Assembly (NCBI GenBank): GCA_040954595.2
Contig: CM082578.2
Coordinates: 6,495,519 to 6,559,518 of the forward strand
Length of the DNA: 64,000 nucleotides
Direction of reading: 5' to 3'
Origin: Balanoglossus misakiensis
Lineage: Eukaryota > Animalia > Hemichordata
Each line of letters begins with the position of its first letter. Position 1 is the stretch's first letter. The notes below the pieces were generated by a model that searched no databases, was not told the DNA's origin, and saw only the letters and a list, made by a program, of their open reading frames with translations. This document shows, piece by piece, positions 13,601 through 25,273 of this stretch. The position numbers were made by a program, and so were the translations under genes.

Positions 13601-16600
13601 TGTCACCAATATAAAGTGGTCAATTTCTTGTTTGTCAGTGGTTGTCATCACCACAGAATATACATAATGGATTCTGGCATTCCTGAATACATGTACCTAT
13701 ACATAATGTAACAGGTGATATTGGAGAATATATGATATGCAACCACCCTATACATGTACTCCAGTGTCAAGATTTTTGTTTGTTCTTGGTCTCAAGTACC
13801 TACACGTGTCCCTCTTTATTTGTTCCGATCTTTTCAAAATTTCAAATCATCAGGGAAATAAATTGCCTCATTAAAAATATTTAAGTACTTTATTTCCTTC
13901 CACATCACCAGTTAGCTTGTTAATAAGTTTAGCTTTGTTTAATAGTGTTGTTACATTGTGCAATAAAGTCTTACATGATATCATAGGAGATTTTAGTCCA
14001 GAATCTATCCTTCTGATTTCAGAATGTAGATTTCAGAAATCAGGGAGTGTGAAATCATGCACAGATTCAGAAACTACAAGAAAGAGGATTCTAGACCTTG
14101 GTACATATCTGCTTTTAACATTGTAGGTACATGTACATGTATGGGGTACACTTACTTGAGGTCTCATTTCAATTTTGTAATAATTGAATCTCACCGAGAT
14201 AAATGCATGTATAATATGCAAATTCAGATAATGGCTGGCAAACTATGGCATACATGTAGTGTAGGTCAGCAACGCCGGGTCACTAAATTGCCACCAATAC
14301 ACATGTACAGTTCATGTAACTTTCTCCCAGACTTTGTTTACATTATACTTGGGCTCGACTTTTACCAAAACGACTGAACTCTGGGTGACTTAATGTTTTC
14401 TTTCTTTCTTTCTTTCTTTCTTTCCATTACATACACGTACATGTTTGAATACCCTACATGTAACTTATATGTGTATGTTCTGCTTCATAGTAAATTTTCC
14501 CTACAGAATATCAGTTTTTGTGTCTTTTTTGATAAAAAAAAATGGAGAACCTCCTTATCTCTGCAGTGTGTTGTGTGCTTGCGGAAATATTTCATTGAAA
14601 GATAGATCGATTTCATTCAAGCAGTTAAAATTAGAATTTGTGTGTAACACATGTTAAATAGCCTCTCGTATAAAATACATCTGTCCCACACATTTGATAT
14701 TTGTATTGTGGGGCCCAGCTGCTTATTTTGGGACTATAAAAGAATCATTTACATACTGCACACGAGTTTGCCCATGTGCACTGGGCTTAACTCAGGCGCA
14801 TTTAATTGTATTTTTGAAACTGCATCGAATTGACAAATTCCAAAAGAGCCATCAAAATATGAATTGGGCCATCACTTGAAATAGAGTCACGCTTTTCAGC
14901 TCTTTAGGATTTGATTGACATGAACCAATTTGGCAACAAGTGTTCCCCCATGTCTGAGCTAATAAACAGTATTCAGTCATTATCTTAATTTTGGTGTAAT
15001 TGTTTAATTATGAAAATTAATCTATCAGAAATTCTTGGGAAGAACCTATAACACACCCTGAAATTTCACAGCTTTCACAGATTCTCGTTTGTACAAAACA
15101 ATGCAACCACTCATGGTTTCTTGTGTTGCTAAATTAAGACTCCAACAGGTGTCATATGAAAATTTTGCATCATGTCCATTTTCTGTCTTTTCAATTACTA
15201 GTATACGCTTATAAGAGGAAAAGTGAAGGAAGTTATAACCACATGCCAGAAACGTAAAGATCATTTGTGATTAGAAAAAATTAACTTCTCAGGAATTCAA
15301 GATAGAAAGCAATAAATAAGACCTTGCCCTGGCGTGGCAATGATTTCTGAAAAGGTGTTTGACAGAGCTGTTTCTCAGATATATATATGTGCAATATGGT
15401 AGTGCAGAATATGCTTTGTTTCAATTGTGCTTTGTATTTCTATGATATTTGCATGTAACGAATCCAAACCAATAAATAATGTTTGCTGTAAAACTGACAT
15501 TGAGAAAACAAATATGTTTGAACTGTGCTGCAATGGGGCTGTTTTACATTTGCACAGATGGTCAGTAGTTTCTTTTCATTCATTTGGCCTTTTTCATCTG
15601 ATGATGGATAAGGCCCGGAAAACAACTTCATTATTAAAACCTGTTTTCTTTTTTATTCTAATCAGGTGTTGAGGAATTGCGTGAAATGAAGAGAGACCTG
15701 CAGAGAGAAATTGCGCCGTTCTCGGCCCGTCTCGTGAAGCAGCTCAAGAGGAGGGAGAGGAGGATGGCCAAACTACAGAAGAATCAAGACGTGCTGACCG
15801 CCATATTGCAGGCCGTGTCACAAAAGAGACGTAAGTGTCCAGGTTTGGAAGTAAAGAATAAAGCATGTCCTCAGTAAATTAAAATTAGTTTTTTTAACAT
15901 GAAGGTCCTCTCTCTGCACTGGTCCCCCTTAAACACATCATTGTATTGATATTAATATTTGTACTGAACACACACTTCATGCAAAGTGCTTTACTCTATC
16001 CACAGTAGTGTGTGAAAATGAGTTGATTTTTTTGTGTGCAAACAGAACTTGTTAACAGCTAGCAAGTACTGTGGGATTCAAGTGTGCCAAATGAGTACAT
16101 GTACCACGGTTTAAAATAGCGCCCTCTGTATATTAAAATCGTAGAGGGCGCTATCCCCTCAACGGCGAATTCACACTTTAATTGTGGTATTCAAATATTG
16201 TGCAGTTTTGTTTCATAAAAGACATTATGTCTACAGCAAACTTTTTATAAAACTTATGGTTGATCTGTTAATTGAAATTTGTCAAACTGGTATCGATTTG
16301 CATGATGTCCTTTGGTACAGTTAGCAATGTGCGATAGCAGTCGGTGAATTCTGAAATGATCACTACGAATCGAATGTGTTGAACTGACACACCAGCAGAA
16401 GATAACTTATAAGATAGGGCATTTGGACTATTAAAAGTAAAAGTAAAGATCTGAAGAATCTTTTGTCCGAGTCACACTGAATGTGACTCGGTTACACATA
16501 AGTTGTATGTGTGTGTTCATTCACTAGTGTAGCAATTCGGAATGCACTGTGTTCAGAAATAAGATTCTCTAAGTCAAATGAAAAAGTGGCTGCCAACTAT

Positions 16601-19600
16601 ATGACACCAGGAAAGCTTTAAAAGCACAATGCTCAAAATACATTACATGTATGCCCTTTTCTAGCTTGAGTAAACCTTGCAAAGTGACATATATTTCTCC
16701 CTGCAACTTCGCAAACTTTGTTTTATTTTTGTGTATGGAAATGCATAGTGGTATATGTGGTATATGTAGCAAATACGTTACTAGTGTAACCACTAGTAAC
16801 ATATCCAGAGAAGCAACAGGTGGCTATATAGCGCCCTCTGTTGACAATAATGAAGGGATTGAGCATGTACTTGGTCTGGTTCAGTTTTGAGAGTCTTGCT
16901 TACCTTTACAAGTCTTTGTTTGCTCAGTACGTATCATACATCTTTGATCTCTGTCCAATCATCATAACCTACCAAAAGAGAATCGCATTAAAGTCACAGG
17001 ATTTTGGGTAGCCAATCTTATGTTACAAAATGACAGTATTGCCTATTAACCTGAAGGCTAATTCAGAATGATGCCCTTGCACTGCTTAGAACATTGTGGA
17101 CAATGTGATCAAGGAGGTCATTTTGTTCTCAGCAATCAAGTGCCTGAAGGCAAAATACTGTGCTTAAAAATCTCTGGTTGCTATGACTGCAGTATGGGTG
17201 TAATTTCTGATCAAATTAGTATACCGGTACCCAAAATAAATTTCACGAATTTTAGTTGATCATAACAACATTTAATCAGTTTTCAGAGTGATGGAGGAAT
17301 TGCCACCGAAAGTGTCTGAATTTACCCACAAATCACAGCCAGAGTTCAATGCAATCTGCATATAAAAACTTGACCTTGACCTTTTAGACTGTCACAGTTT
17401 TGCAGTATCAGGATTGGCATACTGGTAAATACTCGGTCATTGTGGGAAAATACTTCAAAAGACAAACAATAGTATTCTGAAGGTTTAAGTGGGCGATTGC
17501 AGAACGATATTGATAATTTGTCATGCAGGTGTGATTTTACCAGATTCGAAATATTTTTGATCAAAATGATATAAAATGTACTCTTCCAAAATATGCATCT
17601 CAAGGGATCGCAGTGAACATTTACGATCTTTCACTGCGTTTAAGTTTGCAATTTATGTTATTATTGGTATAAAAAAATATGAGCGACGTTCCGTAGGTAG
17701 AGTACATGTGCGTTTACGTTACATTGTAACAGTGTTAGTACCGTTACTGTCGTAGATAAAGCAAACGTATTGTATCTTGTGAAGCAGTAATTGTAATGCA
17801 GATCACGGATGATTTTCAGATTTGCAAGAAACATAAACTTTTTTTGTGCCGTTTTGCTATAAGTGGAAAACGCTTAGACTTTGTCATATACGTACCTCCC
17901 AATTGCACTGATTTTTCAGGCTCCAAGAGTTGTGGAGCTGTCCGCATCTTTTCTCAAGGAAATCCACACCTCAAAGACGCATAGGTCGCGGTCACCCGTG
18001 TCTCTCACGGCTTCGGAGAGACAAAAACAGACTGAGCGGTCTACTTCACTTGGCTATCACCGCATCGCATGTAATTTACCACGGCCGCTTCCATTGAAAT
18101 TGACATACACAGATTCATTAGAAATTGACCAGGGCGCGCTCATATCACTGCACGGTTCATAGCAACCGCCGGTGTCATCAAGACAATTTCGCCAAAGATT
18201 TTTTCCCACTCGTTCATCTTCCGCATCCGAGGATAAGTTTGACGGCGTGTGTAGTCCACCCATCTTTCTGACGACGCAGAACTATAGCGAACGTCAAGTC
18301 CGACTGAAACCGCGACTATCAGCATGATCAGAAACCGGGCGTGCGTTGATGTCGTCGCGCGTGCGACCCTTGCAATCAGTTGGGCCTCCGATTCAGGAAA
18401 TCGGAATACGGTTCTTTTGTGTATTCTGCATATATTACATCGGGAAAAAACTATCATGGAAACCAGGAAATGTAGTGACGCACGCAAGCGCCCTCCTTTA
18501 TCACTAGGCATTTCGCCAGTTTCCTGCAGTTTAGGACTGATTACCGTTGACGCGTGCGACGTATCGACGTCACTGGCCTGTTTAATAATTTACCATGGTT
18601 ATCCCAACTAATGCGCTCCGTTGAGAAACTCTTTGCGTTGCTAAGTGACGTGGGTTGAATGAAAGCCGAAGATAGCAAATCACCGCCATCTCTGGCTTCC
18701 CCGTCGGGGTTTTTCACTGCTTTGCTTCTTGTTCTGTCGCCCACGAGGACGGGAGGCCGCACTCACGCCGCGCCGTGCTTTTTTGCTTTCTCCAACCGAC
18801 GCCACAGCTTCGGCCAGCACCGTGTTTGTCTCTGACGCTTGACACCGGCCCTTCGTCTGTTCCTGTACGCTTTGATTTTCGTAGTATTCCTATTCCATGC
18901 TTGTGTGCCACGGTTTCAGAGCCTTGTTATTAGCCACCGGCAGCGTCCTCACGACGGGGAATTAACGAGTAGCGGCTTCAGCTTCTGACGACGGTGAGAG
19001 AACATCATTTGATGGCCGGATTCTTCGGAGTGGCAGTCTATACGTCTACGAAGAGATCGCCTAACTCGCTCGTCTGAAAATCGCGAAACAAACGAGGTGA
19101 GAAATGTTAATACAGCAGTATGAATGAATGTATGGCGTAGTGATGTATTACCAGTCATCGACGAATATCTTGACAGCTCTAGTCTAACGTGCGTGTCTGC
19201 GGGCGATCAGCTACTAAATGCGTAAAATGTTACATTTCTAATTGCAAAATCCCGTTATATTCGAAATATTGAAATAACAAAACTGCTACAGTAAACACAT
19301 TAGCGGAGAATCGGATTGCTCACAGTAATACAACTTCTGTAACATCCTTTTCCAATGAACGACCAAATTTTAGGATGACACTGCGTAGGTTATCTCGTCT
19401 CACCAACTTCACTCCCGTTTTTACGCTCATCTACGCCATGTGAAAGCGGAGTGGCTCAGCAAAAAAATCCAATTCATAAATCTGCGTGCTACGTCACGAC
19501 TGTTTATTGTTTCCGCAATTCCATTAACGGCGATGTCAAGTTTTGAAATCACCTTTCTTCGCACCTCTTCCCTCCAGTTTGCTCAACGCCAACGCAATTC

Positions 19601-22600
19601 CATTTTACATATAAATGTCACTGAGTGTATGCGTGCATGCGTATGTGTCTCAGAAAGCCCTCCTTTTTCATTAAAATTAAGTGTTATGTGCGATTGTGAT
19701 CATTCAGAAAAAATGTGTATAGAGTCCGTTATGTTGACTCTCATGAAAAAGTAGCATGTTCGTCCGATTCAGATGAAAGAAAAATATCCAGTGATGCACG
19801 CACCAATTTTCACTCCAATATCATTATTGGTGTTCAGCCAGAACCATTCATTTTTGCTAAAAATTTGCCCTCAAAAACCTACTGTTAAAATTATCAATGA
19901 TGTGGACGAGATTCAAGGAACCATTATCTCCCCCATCCATTAAAATATAATCATTAATCCAAGCATTTTTGAAATCAGAATTAGTGTATTTATAGAGTAG
20001 AAGTCTTACAACTGTGCGTTCACACACGCAAAAAAGCTGACTTTTTTTAAAGTGAGTGGTGTGAGATATCACAGCTGCTGGAGGGAAATAATTACTGCAT
20101 TAGATTAAATTTTAATGTGTATATTGATATCTAAATGGGTGTACATGTGGCTTCAAATGTTAATTCGGGTCCCATGTTAATTCATGACAATAAAATATTA
20201 CATGTATCACAATGAACTTCCATCTGTGGGAATGTGACATACATGTATATCCGAAAGAAACATGATTTGAAAGTGGGATCAGTGTTCTCTCCAGGATTTT
20301 GGGAAAGCATGGTGGCTAATTTGCTTAACAATATAATCAACTGTTATGTTAATTAAGTTCTATTGTCTTCTCAAAATTAAAGAGTGGTGGCCACCATGCT
20401 TTAATTGCTCTGGGGAGAACACTGAAATATGCAGTCAATGTCAACTTTATTAACACAGTCCCTCTACCCCTTATGGTTTCACTATTGAAATCACATAATA
20501 TGCAGTCATGGGAACGCACAAATATCAAATCCGTGCTTGAGTTCTGAAAATGGGAAGTGACAATGTAGCCAGACAACAATGTAATAACTCCTGAACAAAG
20601 AATTTTACATCACAGTCATCAGTATAGGATGTGTTATGTATTTTGGAATTTGCTATTCTTATATAATAGAGGAAATCAACCACATTCTTGCATGTCTCGC
20701 AATGATGGCTCTAGGGTTTTGGGTAAGTTTATATTTCGGTTCACTCTGTCGTAATCATCAACTTGTAACTCCCCTTTTTTGCCATGTTGTTAAAATTGTA
20801 GTAAAGATACCAAGGTTTGCTGGAATTAATTATTTTTCCCCCACAAATCTACTGTGGTCCCCGAGAAACCCTTCAAGTCTCAGAGTGTTAGCGGAGAAAT
20901 ATTCCACTTCATTTCCAGTAGGATTTATTACTTTGCAAAGCAGGTTGTGAAACATGACAAAAATGATCTCAATATTGACAAGGGGCAGTAAACACATGAC
21001 CCACAAATACCATTGTCAGGGAGTACACACCTCAAGTACATAAAAAAAGGATATTCGTTTTGATCCTGCAAGTGGTTGGACAAAATAAAAAAATATACAA
21101 GTACATTTGTATTGTCATTGTTGATTTTTTTTCATTGCACACATCATATAAATGCAAATGCATTGTACCGGTAATCTGTATAAGTGCTTGTTGACTGTTT
21201 GGACAGTAATCCTTTTGTCCTTAATTTAAATGGCCTTGCTCCTACATAGCTGTCCCTCATTGTATTCTTGAGCATGTTAATATTTAGATTCGGTGTGTAT
21301 TAATGATGGCAGGATCATTACATTTACACTCTAATACCATTAAATGTATATTGGAGTTCAGCCAGATATTGATCTTTGCCAATAAGCTGTAAGGTGGCTG
21401 AAATGTTACTTTGATTTTGAAGCCGCTATATGCTTATGGAGCTTTCTGTAGAAAAAAAAATGTTTAGAAATTAAATTTTAAAACTTGTCGTTGCTTTGAC
21501 CAATCACCGTTGTCTATTTTTATGGCAGTGTTATTGAAATGTGATCTAGCACAAGTTATTTCATCAATAGTGCCTTGAAATTATCACAGACTAATTTTAG
21601 ATGCACCCGTGGAAAGTCAGCCATTACTCCCACACCTGCAGGGCCTGGTTTAGAATCCCCTGCCAAGGACGGTGGTTGAGCCGACGACCTGTACGAGCGA
21701 GTGATGGGTTTAATACCTCTTTAATGATACCAGATTCATGTATAATTTATATATTCTGTTCAATATCAGTTTTGAATCTTATCAGTTGCCTCTCTTAGGA
21801 CTGTGATGCGTTATCTCAATAAATGCAGAAAATTTCATTTAACACACAAGCCAGTTAAAGCCCCAATAGGCATTTTTAGCATATTTTAATCAACGGCATA
21901 TTTCAACATCTTGCAATCTTCTCCTTATCCTAAGTCGACAGGCGACAACATTTTAGAATTTGTGGAGATTCTAAAACCCATGTGGACCTGCCACGATAGT
22001 TGTAAACTCTTGCAATTGGCGGATGAATAAACTGGTGTGGCACCTATTTATTATTTAACTTGTTTATATTTACATCCACAGGTATGATCATTCAGAGGTT
22101 ATGATATGTATGGGTTTGATATGTGTGTTGGATTGCTAGGCAAAAGAAACTGTATATTTGAACATTGATAAGAGTACGGCACACACTGCATCTAGAAAGT
22201 TCATGACTATATTGACCAAAATTTGACAAGTACCACCTACTGAACCAACAAGACTATGTGATTTGCATCATGTCCATGCCAAGTATTGCACAAGTCTTGG
22301 AGCTATTCTAGAGAGTACTGTTCAATAATACAAACTCAATCATCATAAACTTATATATTGATTTTACATGTGTATGTTCATGTTTGTACAATATCCACCA
22401 AGTAAACAATGTTTTCGCATGTGTTTGTCTTTCTCATATAATAATTACTGGTTTATGTTGATATGATCGCGTATTTTGACCCGGCTTAGTTTGATTTGTT
22501 AAAATCATCCCATGATTTCAGAGGGTACTAACATCAATGTGTCCTAACTGATGCTGTAGATACATCTGTATGTACCTGACACTCGGCAGAATAATCAATG

Positions 22601-25237
22601 TATTGTAGTTGGACGTCCCTATTGGTTTTGTTAATGGAAATTTTACACTCAAGTATAAAAAGTGTACTTATCTGGCACAGTCTATATGTACATGTACATA
22701 CACGTGTATTGATTTGTATGTTTGCCAGTCGGAGCAGCATTCACATGTGATATTTCACATCTGGGTTCTTTGTATTCTTCCTGCGCTGTGTGCGGTTTGT
22801 GTTGAAAACACATCAATCGTTCAGTATAATCTTTAATCGTACTCTCCAGTTCAGCAATTCTCTCGCCGTAACTGTGTCACTGTTTCTGTCACACACCAGT
22901 CATGTCACTTTGAGCTGTGAAAGAAGGGTGAAAATGATGTATTTTCAAGGGGGGGGGGGGGTGATGCAATAGCTGTTACATTTTGCTACTGTTTTAGAGG
23001 CAGTTTATGACATTAATGATTTTTTTATACATGTATAATTAAAAAAATTCCTTGTTCCAGAATGTTAACGTATATTGGTGTTTCATCTGCTGTATACTAT
23101 GGAATTATGGGATTTGAACAAGCCCAACCCCTTTAAAATTTCTCTTGACGTGCAATGCCCCTTTAATACATGTGCTGCATTATGAATGAAACATTACATC
23201 TATTTGATCATGGTATAGGAATAGCATTTACTTTTTTACAGTAATCAGTAATAAAAAAAATTATTCCAGGTGTGGTTTTTGACGTCTTCTTTGCTCTTTT
23301 TTATCATTTTCCTGTAGGTATCGACACCAGAATGCGTTTCAGTATAGAGCCTCTGCCTGGAAAGAATGGCTACCAACAGGTATTTACTTCATGTTTTTTT
23401 TTCTACTATATGCCTCCTTAGAAATTTTTTATGAATTATCGTGAAAGAACTCTCTCATGACCAAGACCAGATTTTAGATCCTCCAATCAGCACATTTTGT
23501 GAATTCAAATGCACCAATCTGTGAACTTGTAGGTGCTTATCTGTCCATTCTTCTTTTGAATCTTAAGTCAGCATACACATACAGGTGCAAAGCCTCAGAT
23601 TTGAGATCTACCTATCAGGACGTTTGTTACTTCAAGTGCTCAAATCAGTATACCGTTGCACCATATCCTTCCATGTGATTGATTATTTTGCTTAAAATCC
23701 GCTCCAAGTTGCTGACTTGAGTCCACTGTTGTGAGGCAAAGTCTCAAACTTTGGACCGCAGCGTGGGTCCTCCACAAGAACTTCAAAACTGTATGCATTC
23801 GTCTTTCGTTCACAGTGGTACGATGCCTTGAAGGCTGTAGTCCGCCTTCCCAAGGGAATTCCCGACTTCTTCCGACGTCAGATCTGGCTGGGCCTAGCGG
23901 ATAACCACATAAAGAGCATCCAGGTGGACTGGGAGAAGACGGTGAAGTTAGCCTTCAACGAGCGGAGTAACCCGGACGATGACAAACTGGGAATACAGAT
24001 TGTTAAGGTGAGTGCCCATTCCCCTTTGATGGATGACATTTATTTGCGAATTAGCCGTGGGAATAATGTGACCTTTAATATGCTAATTGCCCGGGAGATT
24101 TCATGAAATTGTAATCAATGTACACATGATATTAATGCTACCGTCGAGAACTGCTAACAGAGAAAGTGGATTATTTGACTTGGTTGAATCAGAGTGTCCA
24201 TAGAGTGATAATGGACAGGCGGCACTACAGATTACTGGAAAGCACTGTTTGTTGTAACCCAGAAAGCTTAGGATAATCTGCTGTGGTTCCCAGTCGAACT
24301 CAGAACGCTTACTGACTTCTGTCGAGCAGACTACAGAATGGCTCATTAAAAGAGTACATGCCAGTTTGTCAGGATCCTCCTTTCTTCTCAGTCGTGTTAA
24401 TTTTTCGCTCAGTGCCCCGTTTGGTCTGTTAGATCTAACGAAGGTCACCGTGTTTATTAACATCAGGCAATCACTTGTTCATTACAAGAAAGTGGGGAAA
24501 AAACATAAGTGGCTCCAAATTACATCATTTGCAGATTCATCATTTTGCAATTTCTTTCGGTAAACATTCAATTAAATGATGCCTTTGTGACCAATTTGTG
24601 TCTTCAATATTTGAGCTTCTATTGGAAAGGCAAAATGTACTTTTAATCAAAGCGCATGAATTACGGAGTGAAATCAGAGCATTATTTCTTCGAAAAATTA
24701 GAAATGAAGATACATGTAGAACGTAATCTTAGCAGATGTTCACTGTTTTGTATGTAATTATTGTACCCCTATGTGTACACTGTACTGTGTAATACTGTAT
24801 ATACACTGCACCCCCTCCCCCTCCTTGTTTCCATGCACGCATGTATGCGCATCAAATTCGTTTTCGAGTTCCTGAGGAGATGAAAATTGTATTTGTATTG
24901 TGTAGTGATCCTTCTGTGTACCATTGATTGATCTGATGGGAAGCGTATCGTATCACGTCAGGGTTGGAGTACACTGGAGGGCTGTTCATGCACTGTTGCA
25001 CGGCATCACTGTGTACTCCAGATTTCTGTCAATAGTTGGCATTGAAACGTGACCTTCCGATTTAATGAAAACAGCTGCATGATTGATTCTCAGAAGGCCG
25101 ACAGAACTGCGCAGGTGGATATAAAAAAACTGATGAGCATTTTCAATCAAACTTTCCGTATTAGAGAGTGTGATTTCAGTTTATTATGTGGCTTTTTTCT
25201 GCATTCTTCTCACAATGAAAAACAGAATGATTGATGT

Positions 25238-25273
<36 letters not shown>

